DNA from: Isurus oxyrinchus
Lineage: Eukaryota
Assembly: GCA_026770705.1 (NCBI GenBank)
Contig: JANJGN010000017.1
Location: 682,001-746,000, forward strand
DNA length: 64,000 nucleotides
Direction of reading: 5' to 3'
In this document: in pieces, positions 23,731-37,569 of the stretch
How positions within the stretch are numbered: the first letter of the stretch is position 1
Layout of the letters: each line of letters starts with the position of its first letter
Program-made: the position numbers and the translations under genes
The notes under the pieces: generated by a model
Databases searched by the model: none
What the model saw: the letters and a program-made list of their open reading frames with translations, nothing else
Told to the model about the DNA's origin: nothing

Positions 23731-23789
23731 GTGAACAGTAGTTACACATGTATTAACTTACACAATAATTGTTCAAGTATCTACTGACT

Positions 23790-25500
23790 CAACCTGACCT
23801 GGTAACAGTGAAACTTTGAGATCTGGGATTGTCAGCTCTTTTCTCTGGACTCGTAGGTATAGGCTGAGAGTTATCTTGCGCTTGAGTGTTGTGCATGTTA
23901 TCTCCTTTAACTCCACTCTCAGGACTTGAATGTGCACTTGTTCTTGATGTTACAGGAGTGTTAGGTATGATGCTGTTGGATAACTCTGTCAACTAACATC
24001 TAGTCCTCTTCAACATCACTCCATTCAGGGTGGTCACCTCATTTGACTGTGGCTTATTACAATCTTCAGCAGGGAACCATGTCCTTTCTTGTGGGTGAAT
24101 CACTCTGACCTTCTGTCCTACATTCAGAGGAAGCCACACCTGCACCTTTATCATGTGTGATTTTCATTTTCTTTTACCTTTCCAATAATTTTTCTTGGAT
24201 TGACTGTGCTCTGATCAGATGATAACTCGGAAGACTTGCCGTCATTTGCCTTCGGAACATAATCTCTGCTGGGACTGGTAATACTATGACTGGTGGTGCT
24301 GCACGTACGTGCAACATTGCTACTTGAATATTTTAATTGGCCTCCATAACATTTCAAAATCAGTGTCTTTCCTGCCTACACCATCCTTTCTGCTACCCCA
24401 TTTGACCTCGGATAAAGTGGGGATGATGTAATGTGCTTTACAACTGACTTTGCACATACGTCTTGGAAGTGTTTACTGCAGTATTGTGGACCATTGCCTG
24501 ACACTATTTTCTCTGGGGAACCAAAAAGACTGAAATTGCGCTCATTATGTTTGCAACCGGTATACTTGATGTATCCCTCCGTTGGCAAATGATAGAAAAT
24601 TTGGGGATGTAGTTGGTAACAAGTAAGGGGTCATCACCTCTGACAGTAAACGAGTCGGTAGCTATTCTTGACCACGGATGTGACAGGACATCATCATGAG
24701 GATGGAATAATTCTTTGTGCTGACTTGCCTGATGCTTCTGACCTGCATCACACATCCTCACAGCTCATTCTATGTCATTATTGATCCCTGTTCTTTCAAT
24801 GCCCATGTGATCTTGATGTAACTACGTAAGGATATCTTGATGAAGCACTTCTGGTATCAGCACTTGTCTGCCCTTGAAAATTACTCCACTTGAAATGCCA
24901 ATTTCATCATGGTACAACCAACAGGTTCTGAGGTTCTGAGGGAACTTCTTATACTGTATCTGGCCATCCATTGATGATAATCTGTCATAATACCCTGAGG
25001 ACAAGATCCCTGGAAGTCTTTGTCCTAAGCTTCTTAGGTTTGCCTTGTCCAAATTACATTAAGTCAACGTACACGTCTATTTCTGCATCTGCTTCATCCA
25101 CTTAGAAATCCAATGGTGTAACTTCAGTTGTCTTGGGGTTGGGCAGCCTGCTCGATGTGTCAGTCATAACCATGAGGTTTCCAGTTTGAATCAGACCTCA
25201 TAATTGCATTTGGTTCCAAATGTTTGTACTTGCTCAGACGAACTATTCAAAAATTGATTGAGAAACATTGGCACTAGCGTTTGGCATCACCAGATTCCAT
25301 ACCTATCTATTTGGCAAACACTATGTTGTTGAGACTGATCACAAGCCACGAGAAATGATTTGGAAAAGGCCACTCACCAATGCACCACCCCAACTCCAAA
25401 GATTGTTAATCAAAGTATAGGCCAAAGTGTTTGCCAAATAGCTACATATGGAATCTGGTGATGCTGAACAATATTGCCAATGCTTCTCGTTCGATGCTCT
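23790..25500 (-). mobile_element. Second Gypsy relic (integrase and RNase H fragments)
   Basis: GVIFKGRQVLIP, HPWSRIATDSF, FGSPEKIVSGNGPQY, SSPLYPRSNGVAERMV. RNase H piece FGITRFHTYLFG...ETDHKP is inverted at 25225-25420. Confidence 0.85.
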
Positions 25501-25690
25501 TATATTCTATGCTTCAGCTAATAAAGGCAAGTATCCCATTTGCCTTCTTAACTACCTTATCTACCTGTGCTGCTGCTTCAAGGATCTCTGGACATGTACA
25601 CTAAGGTTCCTCTGATCCTCCGTACTTCCTAGGGTCCTACAATTCATTGTGTATTCCCTTGCTGTGTTAGTCTTCCCAAAATGCATCTCC
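25500..25690 (-). mobile_element. CR1 internal fragment
   Basis: Aligns to 53245-53430. Confidence 0.75.
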
Positions 25691-26624
25691 TGATATCCTG
25701 GATAACATTCATCGCTAAACAATTGCCATTGAAGCAGGTTATCTGATTGTTCATTATTTGTGGGATCTTGATCAAATTTGCAGTTTATTTTCATACACTG
25801 CAATAATGATGACTCTTTAACAGTACTTCATTAGCTGTGAAATGCTTTTGAACATCCTGAGTTCATGAAAGGCACTATTTAGCAGCTCATTCAAATTGAT
25901 TCGTTAGTTATTCACTGTGAGCCAGAACTGTCCCAATATTTTATTCAGAGCAACATCATCAATTTGCTGCTAGTTAAACTAAAACTCTGCTGTCTAATCA
26001 AGTTTGAACAGATTCCATTCACTGCACTGTCTCAGGGTATTAACAGAGCTTACTGTTTCTTTGACAGGGTCCATCAATCACAATCCTGATTGAAAGAAAT
26101 GTTTTAAGTGCTTCGATTTACCAATTTGCCAAACTGCCAGTTGCAAGCTCTGCTTTACTTCTATATTAGCTAAAAGGTGCAGCCTCGGCAAAATGTTTGT
26201 TAATCAACTATTTCTAGATACAAACAGTAATTGTTCTGAAATATTAAAATGACTGAAACACACCAGTCTGCGAAATATCTTACTGTAAAAAAGGTTTTGT
26301 ACAGTTTCAAAGGCATGAGAATCAAAAATTCATGCTGTTCTTTGACAATGTTGAAGACATTTGGCTAGTTAGGCTCATTCTTCCTCCAGGTACCTGCCCT
26401 AACAGGGCTTTGGCAACCATGGACTTCCATTGGATTGGTCCATGATTATGTTTGGCAAAGCACTGCAGTATGGCTAACCAGGAAACTCTCCTGTTCTTTA
26501 CTGCCTGCAATTAAGCATATTGAAAGGAATTACTGGCTGATAGTCCATCTATTTGGCCACATTATGCACACACTTTCCACAGCCATCAAGTTAAAAGCCT
26601 TACAAAGTCCAATAAAAGCAGTCT

Positions 26625-27127
26625 GATTGGGATTTTCCAGCCGGCCTCCAGTTTCCCCAGTGGGGTGGGGGTGGTGGTGGGAAATTTAAGTGCCAGGAGG
26701 TGGGCAGCCAGTGACAGGCCAGCAAACCAGTGCTCTAGGAAAACCCAGAGCAGAGGCCCTCCCTCCTTGCCTGGGTGCAAGGGCAGTCACAGCTGCCCAT
26801 CGGAGACTTTCCCCACCTCCCCTGCCCACAATGGTGGTTGAGCTGCTGAAGATATTTTTTTACTGTTGGGGAGAGCGCGCCTCCATGTTGAAGTGCCCTC
26901 TCTTACTTACCTTCCGTTACAGCCGACTGCTTTTCTCAACCTGGAACCCTCTGATTCGCTCTCCAGCTTCAAGAGCTTGCTCACCTCTTTTAATTGGACA
27001 GAGAACTTGTCTCCATGACAATTAAGGGAGAGCTCCTGAAAAAAATCCCAATGAGTGACTGCTCCTACCTGGGAACAGGTTCAGGATCCAACCCCTGTTT
27101 CCCAACCCTGGAGGGAAAATCCAGACC
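26625..27127. mobile_element. Harbinger-type MITE
   Basis: Imperfect TIRs (g)attgggattttcc / ggaaaatccagacc around a GC-rich body. Confidence 0.6.
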
Positions 27128-27219
27128 ATAATGTGGTTAGCATGTTTTTTGCTGGGGTTTTGGGGGGTGGGGTGGGGGGGGTGCGAGGCAGGGTGCGCAG
27201 GGGGTGGGGGGCTGGTCAT

Positions 27220-29570
27220 ATTTTATGTCGAAGATCTTATGAGGGTACAAGTGAGGAACCATACCTCTGCCAGCTTCGATTCATTAAGAATGCCTTGATG
27301 GACCAAGTCGCATTCCACACACTGGCCTTGCAATCCAAGTCACTCTGCCAGTGCTGGGTACAGCTCTGAATGTTTTTCCTACTGATTCCTTCCAAGCTGC
27401 AAATGGGGGCCTCTGCAACATCACCCAGGCTGCTGTCTGGTCTCACTTATGAGAAGTCACAGGTGCCACCTTTAGGGAAACTGGGAAATTAACTCATTTT
27501 CAGTTGACTACCAGGTAACAGCCTGACTGGGCCATTCAGTTCGATCATACTGTTGGTTTCCCTTAACAGAGGCTGTTCACATTGTATTGTCACCCCAGCT
27601 GAGGACCCATTCTCCTGGATATAAAGAGATTCTACTTCTTCAATGTTCAAGTTGTGTTTTGATGAGTTAAAATGAATCTTCCATATCATTGCCAATTTTT
27701 GCTGAGTGCAGTCACAATGTCAGCTTCCCAGCTCTATTCAGGAAGATAGGCAACTATTGGGATGGTTTTTTGAAGGCAGGGCAGCTCCTCGGCTCCTATG
27801 GCTCATGAGATCAACTACTAAACTCACCAGAAGATTATTACTACAATAAGGCCTACGCAACAACTAATGAGGAATTTGGGTGGATCACAGTGATTCTGAA
27901 GGTAAGGTTGTGTTCTTTTGATAGATTTGGTGAGATATTTCAGTTTGGTCCTGAGCAGACCTCTTGCATCTTTGTCACTTGCTGTGTCATTGATAGTTTC
28001 ACTATTCAGAAAGGACTGGGGATAGAATCCCAGAACATTGGAATTGGGCTCATAAGGATGAATGCCTAAAGGATTCCTCTGTGCTAGCCACGCATGCTCC
28101 TTCGATTCGAGGAATACCCTTTTGAAATGCTGGAGAATGTGCTATTGAAGCTGAAAGCATTCTGGGGATAGCAGTAGTTTCTGGTGCAGGCTACATGGTG
28201 CACCATCTTGAAAAGGGAGGTCACAGGGGTGCCCCATTTGCCGGAAGCAACTGTTCATCAAAATGTTGCACAACTCTACCAGCTGATTTGATGCTCGTTT
28301 ACCAAATTTGGACCACATGGGTCCTTTCAATGAATTTGTCCATCACTCATCAAAGATCAAACATTTTGCTTTAAGACAGGCTTGGCACTAATGTTATTTA
28401 AAGGGCCAGGCACTCGACTTTCAGGTAAGGTCATTTTGAAGAATTTCTACTCTTGCAAAGTCTCTGGAAATACTGTGGAGTATTGTTAAAAGAATTGTGG
28501 TGAGTTCCGGAGATTTGGCAGGGAGTGGTACAGCCTCAGCATAGGGAAGACACAAAGTTTGCAAGCCATATGGGTGCTGCACTGTCAGCACCTCTGGGTC
28601 TGCAGCGCAACAGGGAGCTGGAGCAGTGGCTGTGGAGATTGGAAGGTCGATGTGATGCCCTCTGCAAACCTGAGGATGGGCTGCTCCATGCTCCTCGACA
28701 GTGACAGGAGGCTGCCTGGCAGACCAGCCAATGCACCCAGCATCTCGGTGTGCTTACCCGTCAGTGTTCTTCAGCAAGCTGTTTCATCAAGATCCTCACC
28801 TGAGGCCTCTGCAGCAGAACTTGTCTGTCACCTCAGTGTCTGGGAAACTGGCCCATAAACCATCCTTTCCCCCTGGCATGGCTGCAGTCTACTCGTACCC
28901 GATGATTCATCCCATGTTGTTCCCAACTCTGTACCAGCCGCTAAGAACATGCAGTGCCAGTATCTCAGCTGGTGGCTGCAAGCAGCAGGGCCTCTTCATT
29001 AATACTGAGCTGTTACTTTCTCCTCCTCTTGGTGCTGTCATATGTCTTTAAGGGATAGCAGCATGCCATCACTAAAAGGGAAATGTGTCATGTGATCCAG
29101 TCTCAGTTTTGCTTTGGCCTGTGAGCAGAACACAGCACACACAGCTATGCTGCTGATGTCTTCAAGCTTTCTATCCATCCATCTATATACGTTCTAATGT
29201 GCCTAGTCTAAATCAATGAACCCGCAACATGTTTACCCAATCCCTTATGAGCAATTGGTGCTTTTGTATAATGATAAAGACACAGCATTTGTAGTATCAG
29301 CAAGAGACAGATCTAGGGTGTCTGAAAGCAGAAAATCAGCAGGGGAAGGTTGGAGTGAGGAAGGGGGTTGGGTAGAGAGCAAGAGATCCACAGCCACATT
29401 ATCTGCAGCTTGCTCATCTTGGCAGACAGCAGGATGAGGGTGTGCTGGGGTTAAGAAAGGGGCATAAGGCATCATCCTCATTGTTCTCAGTGAAGCTTGA
29501 TGCCATGGTCTCTGTTGCTGGTAACCACATGACACAGAGAGGAACATCCTGCTCCCTAGCTTTGCCAAGC
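27220..29570 (+). mobile_element. Heavily decayed Harbinger transposon 3
   Basis: 27340-27475 translates VTLPVLGTALNVFPTDSFQAANGGLCNITQAAVWSHL*EVTGATFR, matching the N-terminal transposase block of elements 1 and 2. 28530-29570 resembles the minus-strand partner gene. Confidence 0.6.
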
Positions 29571-30082
29571 TAATATATTGAGCAGAATTTTACACTTCTC
29601 AGACGGGCATGTGCCCAACCCCTTCGGACATAAAATAACACGAGAAGACATCGGGCCAGCGTCCCAACCATCCCACACACACAATCTTCAGCTCCATGGG
29701 CACACGCAGAAGTCAGAGCCGCGCACACCATCAATTAAGAGCCCACCTAAGGCCATTAAAAACCCAATTTTATGTTGCCTGTGCGATTTTGTGCTCATTG
29801 CACAGGCAAAACAGACAGGCAGACAGCTCACTTTTTAGCAAAATCTCATCCAAGGGTGAGATAAAAAGAGTCAGCAGCATTGCCATTGTGAGTAGTGAGG
29901 AGTTTAAGAGATAGTTTGCAGCTGTTTGCTTATTTGAACTTGGCAGCTTCATCTCCATTCGGAATTTCATTCTTAGCATTTCCAGGCTTTATTTCAGGAT
30001 TCATTAGTGTCTCCAAGGTCCCAAGAAGATTCGGACCATGTGGACCCTTCCAGGTATCAGACAGCCTTCCCTTACCCTGGGA

Positions 30083-31275
30083 ATGGGGATTGTGGTCTCC
30101 GCTGGAGGCACCTCCTCCACTGAGGAGGAAGAGAGGGGCAGAAGGGAGAGGAGGCCAGGTGTCCCAATGCAGCCTCCAGTGAGGGACTTGTGGTATTCCA
30201 AAGCAGAAGGGGCAACAGAGGACGACATTATCCTGTCACCAGGGTTTACAGGTAGTGATGCAGCTACCTCAATATGTTGGAGGTGCCATGCCGAAGGAGG
30301 CTCCGCCTCTCCAGCGAGACTGTGACCTCCATTTGTCAGATGATTGGGCCTGAGATCAGCTCTGACTGTGTGGATGGACACCCCATGCCAGTGTCTCTGA
30401 AGGTCACAGTGACCCTTAACTTCTATGCCTCCAGCTCTTTCCAGGGTTCAGTGGGGGATCTGTGTGGAGTCTTCTAATCAGCTGTCCACAGTTGTGTTAA
30501 GCTGGTGACAGAAGCTCTGTTCAGGTGGGTAATGACTTTCATTCATTCCCATATGGACGAAGCCAGCCAGGCTGAGTGAGCCAGAGGGTTTGCAGCAATT
30601 GCTGGGTTCCCCCACATCCAGGGTTCCATCGACTGCACACATTTGGCCATTGAGGCACCAGCGGGTCAGCCGGGTGCCTTCATTAATAAGAAGGGCTTCC
30701 ACTCCATGAAGATGAATATAGTGTGTGATCACAGGATGCTGATTTTACAAGTCTGTGCAAGGTACCCAGGCAGCTCCCATGATGCCTACATCCTCAAACA
30801 CTCCCAGGTGCCGGGGCTCTTCAGTGCTCCAGCCCGACTGGATGGATGGCTGCTGGGTGACGAGGGCTATCAGTTGAAAAGGTGTCTTATGACACCTCTC
30901 CGCCATCCAAGAACAAAGGCAGAGCAGTGTTATAATATGAGTCATGCCTTCACAAGGGCGGTGGTAGAGACGATCATAGGTCTTTTGAAGAATTGCTTTC
31001 AATGCCTGAACCGTTCAGGGGGCGCACCACAACATTCCCAGAGTGAGTGTCAAAGATAGTGGTTGCATGCTGCGATCTCCACAATCTGGTACTAGCGAAG
31101 GGGGACCCACTGGAGGAAGAGGATCTTGACACAGCTGCACAGGCCACAGAGGATGAATCCAGAAGTGAGTCAGAAGAGGAGCACGGTGAATGCTGAGGGT
31201 GTTGAGGCAGAAGTCTGTAACCTCCAGGGAGGCAGGGACACCAGGGACACCTTGATCTAACGCTCCTTCAACTAG
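30083..31275 (+). pseudogene. Harbinger (HARBI1-like) transposase with stops and frameshifts
   Basis: LNFYASSSFQGSVGDLCG, GSIDCTHLAI, NKKGFHSM, YPGSSHDAYIL, WLLGDEGY, TRAVVETIIGLLK. AATAAA at 31378-31383. Confidence 0.92.
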
Positions 31276-31599
31276 GCTGCCCAAGATTTGCTTCCACCTC
31301 ATGCCAGGGCTGCTACCTCTATCCCGGTGTCTGAAATGACCCTTTCATTTGAACCCAAAATCCACTCTTGCCTGTGCAATAACGTTTAGAGCCACTCACA
31401 GCCAGCATTACACACTGGCGTTCCTCGCATCAAAAAATACAAAGGTGAAGCTACTCAGGCCATGACGGCAAAAACAAAACAATTAACATCACCTTCTCTG
31501 GTCTTCAATTCCAGACTAGTAAACATAAACAAAACATTACACAATGTTCACCTGTGACCAGTCCCTCTTGTGCTCATGGTGCCTTAAACTTAATTTGCG

Positions 31600-33440
31600 A
31601 GTACTGTGTCTTGGTGCACTACCCCATCACCCCCCATCCCCTTCACTGGCACTGGCATTGGAGACAGCTGCTGACTCTGCTGTCTTATTTGCCTTGGTGA
31701 TTGTCCTCTGACCAGTGAAGCCTGTGCTGGTCCAGCCTGGGAGGGAAAGGCCAGTGCTCCAGCTGACCATTCCCGAGACATTGCAGCCTCATCAGATGCC
31801 ATGGTCAGTGGCTGAGGGGCGGAGGAGCTGCTGCTGTCATCCAGGGCACCCTGAGAGGAGCCCGCAGAGACAACCAGCAGCTTGCGCGCCAACGTGAGGT
31901 CGCTCTGGATCTCCCTGCACAACATTGATGGGCGGGCACCTAGCTGGGACACTGGGTGCCTCATCCATCTTCCAAACTGCCACTGACCACCAGAAGTCAT
32001 TGCCTGTGTGAGGGCTGCAGGTCCGAGTGCAATCCCAGGAAGCCCTCTTTCTGTCCCTGGAGCTGCCTCTCCATGAGAGTCACCACTCTCTCAATGGAGA
32101 AGGCAGTGCGCTTGGCCATGAGGGCCAATGAAGTGTTGATACTCCCCATGGACTCCTCTACAACAGATCATGGCACACATACCCTCATTGGATCTCTGCC
32201 AGATCCTCCTGGACATCCAGCATCTGCCGCCTAATTGATGAATCCAGAGGCCCATCATCTGCCTTCGACTCAGCATCGTCCTGGTCTCCAGCAGTACTCC
32301 AACTGCCAGCGCCCTGGGAATTCTCTGCCTCCGCCTGCACCTCAAGCAAGTGTGAAGTTCCCTCACCGTTATGCGCTGACATTCTAGCCAAAGATCTAAC
32401 ATCCACCGAGGTGCTGGTATCTGCGCTGATGCCTGGTTCAGAGAGCGGGTGTGACACAGGTGCATGTGAAGCCGGGTGGTCCTCTGGTGTCAGGGGTGGC
32501 TCTTCAGGGCCCTGTGATTGGGTGCGTGATGGTGAATCTAAGAGAGAAAAATGACATATCATTAGTTTAAGTCATCACACTGTCACTGTGCATGCCAGGC
32601 ACCCTGGTGAGATAATGGAAATCTGCATCATGGTGCCATCATCTTTCAATGGTCAATGGGGAATACAGTTTTGAGGCTTGATTAATTATGAGACTACACA
32701 AAGATGTTTGCACCATCCAAAACTCTCACCTGCGCTGCACTCTTACCTTCATCTGACACCCCAGCCTTTCCATGACCGGTTGACCGAGGACCATGGTACC
32801 TCTCCTGCTCAAACCTGGATAGGAGTAGAAGGTTTGGGGGGCCTTCACCTGTCTGCAACCTTTCAACGTTGTTATGGGCCGTCTTCTCCTGAAAGAACAG
32901 AGAAGCATAGATTAGGCCCCTCTCTACCTGCAGCACCATTGCCAACCCCACCTGAGGAACACCTCACAGGGCACATCTGAGTCATGGCCCTCGAGCCTCA
33001 AACCAAGCAGCCAGGGCTCACCCCCTTGGACAGATCCAGTATCAGGTAATTCCAGGTAATTCTGTTTTTGTTCCAGTATCATTGACAATTGGCACCCAGA
33101 CTCTAACACCCCTGATCTCCATGGGGGGATGACCAGACCTTAACACTTCACCACACTGATCCATGCCAACAGGGTATTCACCCTTCCTGAGCATAGCAGG
33201 TCATTAAACCTCTTGCGGTGCTGCACCTAATATCGAGGCTGCTGACATGTGCTACCACCTCCTCCCAAGCTCTTTTTGTCAGGTGCGGTGGCCTCCTCCT
33301 TCCATTGCTAGGGACATGGGTGCCCCTCCTGTCAACCATCTCCTCCAGAAGGACCGCAAGGCAGTCATCCAAAAACCGGGGGCCCAGTGCCCACCCAACT
33401 TGCCCTCCCGCCTGGCATCTCCAGCCACACTTGATGCCAT
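31600..33440 (-). pseudogene. Harbinger Myb/SANT-like gene, 3 exons (33440-33182; 32888-32730; 32537 to ~31600)
   Basis: APGF..CLAVLLEEM...KRAWEEVVAHVS...RKRFNDLL|gtgaat, then tttcag|EKTAHNNVERLQTGEGP|gtgag, then ctcttag|. Confidence 0.82.
33045..33071 (+). mobile_element. 27-bp Penelope family 1 fragment with 10-bp TSD
   Basis: ggtaattccaggtaattctgtttttgt flanked by tccagtatca at 33035-33044 and 33072-33081. Confidence 0.7.
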
Positions 33441-34410
33441 AACTTCAGTGTTTACAACGCAGAAGGCATGTTCTTCCCTGGCAGCCTTCAAGGAGCTGCC
33501 TGTGCCCATTTTTAAACCCAATGGCCGGGTCGCCATTGGACCTGACGGCCAACAGGTCCCTGCACCCGCCTGCCCCTTCCCAGCCATTGGGAGGGCACAT
33601 TTCACACTGGGCGGACCTTAATTGGCCAGCGTGAAATCACAGTCAGGGGCCGATTGCAGGAGACAGCCCGTTTCCTGACCAGCCATAGGCCCACGGATCC
33701 CGCCCGCCCGCCAAGGGTAAAATTCAGGCCATTGTCCTGAGATCTCCCTGCAATTCTTTGCAAGTATTTTCTAACGTACAATACTATAATTTAAGGCAGG
33801 ATAAAAATAAGAACATATGAGAATATGGAATAAAAAAGGCTGTTTTCTCACTGAGGCCCATCCTTCCACAGGCCTTGCACAATTTGCCTTATTTGGGGTT
33901 CTCCTGTAGAAGGTGAATAATGACTAGTAGGAATTTTAAGAAGATAAAGCTGTGTGACATTTCTCCCTGGCTCCCTAGAATACTCCAGAATGTCATTGGA
34001 ACCAACAATATTCCCTCCTCCTACACAATTGGCATTTCAATTATTAATAGCATGAAACAATTATGCCCCAGTCACTATTTGATGGACCATGTTTGTACTT
34101 ACAGTATTCAAGGCCATTCTTTTTTATATATTTATCCAAATTTTTTAAAGGTTTAATTGATTGACAAGGCATATATTGCATTTTCTGTCATTCTAAAACA
34201 CAATGCAACTATTCTGAGGGAGAAAGGCTCTCTTTTTGGCCTTCCTTACTGTTGTAATTATACTTCCTGGTCCTATGATCACAGCCTAAGTTATATGGCT
34301 TGTTTGCCTATATATAATCCACTTGTCAGAGCATTCAAGAAAGGGATTGCGTCTCTTTCAATTCTGTTTCACCCCTGTATTACTTAGTGAGAATGTCACA
34401 TTGGAACATT

Positions 34411-34541
34411 GGGTGGAATCTTATGGTCCTGTCATGGTGAAGCGGGACGAGTTCGGAAAATGTGGCGAGCCGTTCAAAAGCCCGTTGATTTCGGTGGGAC
34501 CAGAAAATCCCGCCGGCAGGTGGGGCTTTAAAATTCCGCTC
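34411..34541. mobile_element. 131-bp MITE (Harbinger/Tourist type)
   Basis: TIRs gggtggaatctta / taaaattccgctc with TSD att on both sides. Confidence 0.75.
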
Positions 34542-36149
34542 ATTCTGTATAGTTTTGTGTACCTTGACCTTACTGTTGGTAACATTCACAGACAAACTAT
34601 AACATGTTTGTGTGATATTTCTCTACTTTAACACAGACATTAATCTAGCTATTGCAAAGGTATGAATTTCCTCTAACAAAGAGGCAGACAGCGAAAGATC
34701 ATTCGAATGCATTAAATAATCATCTGCTATTGTCAGTAAGATTAATTTAAAGGCTGCTATCTTTGAAAGAACTAAATGCATTGAAGAGGGTTGAAAGAAG
34801 AGGAAGAAGGATAAAATTAATGTCTTGAATTTTCTTGGAAGTAAAGTAAGTATCGTGTGTTATTGCCTTTAATGAAGCAATTTACACTTGGAAAATGTAC
34901 ACAGTTTCCGAGCCAAAAGAGATATACAAGTATATTCATCTTACTGTCCCTATTGCTCATCTTGAATTATATGACTTCAGTCTCCTGTGGCTCAAAATAG
35001 CCCTCACTCCAGATCTCTTCAACAAAACTGAATCAATCAAGTCTAATTTCTTCTCCACAAAAATTACCTTTCATCGAAATTCACTGTCAGTAATAGCCCT
35101 GCTCTTCTTTGTATTTTACTGATCGGACCAGTAGTAATTCAGAGCATTTTCCTGACTAAATGATGTAGATTAACCTCCTCCCAGGCCACCGTGGTTGAAC
35201 AAGAGGGCTTCCTGCTGCCATCCCTGGGAAAGAGGACCTCTCACCTTTCCTGCTCTGCCAGGAGGTGAATCTCCAGGGAGGCCTCACTGAACTGTAGGGC
35301 CGCAGGTTGTTTTCTGGGATATCCTGGACATGTAATAGAGTTCCTGGGCCACAGTGGGTGAATGGCTGCCTGGGTGCTCCCTAAATATGGTGCCCAGACC
35401 TTCGATCCTATGAGATAATAGTGCGGGCGGCGACTTCCTGCCTGCCCCTGTCAAGAGATTCACCGTGCTCCATATGGATACATAGTTAATGAGCTGAACA
35501 GTGCAAGATCACACGTGCTCAGCCATCCCACATCCCGATGCGAATCATTCCCACTTCCGCACCTACCACCGAGCTTAGACTTCAGAGAGGAAGATTCCGT
35601 CCACTGTACCTACCATCTTACCATTCAAATTTTATGACCCCCGCCTTATATCTGCTTCTTGGAGAAGAGCATGCAAATAAAATATCAAGAGGTGGGATGG
35701 AATTTTTGCAAGCCATTGGAAGTAGGTTCAGAGGAAAATCCCAGAAAGTGATGTCAGATCGAGATCCTGATGTGACCCCATCCTCTGCCACTTTCGCCCT
35801 GGGCTGGGTTGATGGAGAGCAGGAAATCAAGTGGCAATTGTCTTTTTCCAATACATTGTTTGCAGTTCTGGGCACAACCCAGTGTATTGGGGTCTCATGA
35901 TAATGAAGCTTCAATGAAAAGCAATCCAGTGCCTGGATATGAATGTTATTGGCTCTGAATCAAATGTAGGGCCAAGATTATGGGACCAAGCTAAAGGCCC
36001 TTGGAATGACAACAACCTGACTGAGAACACAAAACTGTGTCCATAGTGTACATCTAAGGTATTGAAACCTGATAACTTATGCTTGGCAGCAGAACAAGTT
36101 GAATAGCCTACACCTTCTTTGCCTCAGATGTATCCTCAGCATCTGTTGA

Positions 36150-36660
36150 CAGAACAAGGTCATCAACTCAGGTCCTGGAACATGTTAATTCCATCAGCAT
36201 ACACTCATTACTAAGCCAATGACATCTGAGTTGGCTTGCACATGTTGGTCAGATGGATAAGACTGTATACCTAAATAGCTTCAGTACAGTAAACTGGTCA
36301 CTGCGTCACACAACATGCTGGACATCCATACTTCTGCTACAAGAACACCTGTAAGTGAGATATAATCGATCTACACAACTGGGGGACAGTCGCCGAGAGC
36401 CATGACTTCTGGAGGTTGACTGTTTGGAGGGGCATTGGAAGAGGCAAGGAGAGGGAAAGCGCAGCTGGCTGAGAAGAAAGCCCAGAGAGAACAGAGGCTA
36501 GTGAATCCTGCACCTCTCAGCCCCACCATCTTTATCTGCAGCAAATGCAGTAGAGACCGCCATGCAAAAGTGGGGCTTCTGAGCCACACCAGATAAGGGT
36601 TAACACAGAGTTGACCACATAGGGTGAAGCATTGTCTCACGAGATGGGAGGCTACCAGAA
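36150..36660 (+). mobile_element. RTE-clade LINE 3' fragment
   Basis: L(R)WLAHVGQM... and C-terminal FICSKCSRDRHAKVGLLSHTR zinc-finger-like end. Homologous to 43980-44475. Confidence 0.7.
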
Positions 36661-37569
36661 TCATGGACATGATAAATTTGACATTGGACTAAGTAATACC
36701 TGAAAATTGTTAGATTCTAGAATGTATTAACCCAAAGTCTATGTGAAAGAACTAAAAACAACTGGAACTAAGGTTCTCCCCATTGTGTCTTCTTCTCCAC
36801 GCCTTCCATTATAGCAGATAGAAGAATAGAATTCTTCACAACAGAAACCGTCATCAACCTCTACATCAGCAATTTACTGCACTCTATACCTTGACAGGAA
36901 CATCTCCTGACCGTAACCATGAATTATGTCCTCATGGAATGCTACAAAATTATGTGAGAACTTCACTGCAGAAAATAATTGACTCACTTTTGTGTGTCCC
37001 ACTGAATTTTATTTCTATGTTTGCTTTTAACCTACAACATCCTGTGTCTGACTGATCGGTGGAACTGAATAACTTGCAAGGAATTTGCAAGTTACATTTA
37101 ACAATTGTATGAAAATGCTATTATCTTTTTGTTGTGAGAAAATGATGATAAGCGAGTTTTTTTTTGCATTCTACACTAATGCAATCCAAAATGAAACTCG
37201 TTCAATCAGGTCTTCTTACTGTCAGATCCCAAAGTTGGAGTAGGGGCGAGGGGAGGATGGAGTGGTTGTGAATATCCAAAAATTGGAAGATGTATCTGCA
37301 ACTCCTAGAGTTTCAAAATGCAGGAATCTCCACTATTTGGAAAACAGGTCTTGTTAATCATTTTGGCCTGAATCACAGCTATGTCAGAGTTATCGTTAAA
37401 CTGCACGTCGATGCAGATCCTGTTAATCTGCTAAATATCCCCAAGAGGATTAAGGTTCTGCTTTATATCATCTTGAAAAAATGTAGGAATTGGAAGGCAA
37501 ATGGCTGCTGACATTAACATAAAATGAACAACAATCCAAAAATTATCCCAATAAGTTTTGAGAAACTAT

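Larger units (their letters stand above)
29580..33730 (+). mobile_element. Full-length (non-intact) PIF/Harbinger transposon 2
   Basis: TIRs gagcagaattttac / gtaaaattcaggcc. 3-bp TSD att at 29577-29579 and 33731-33733. Two convergent genes. Confidence 0.92.

Noticed and set aside
35170-35830. GC-rich segment as a CpG-island promoter
   Set aside because: CpGs are sparse and the sequence looks like old MITE debris; termini could not be defined.
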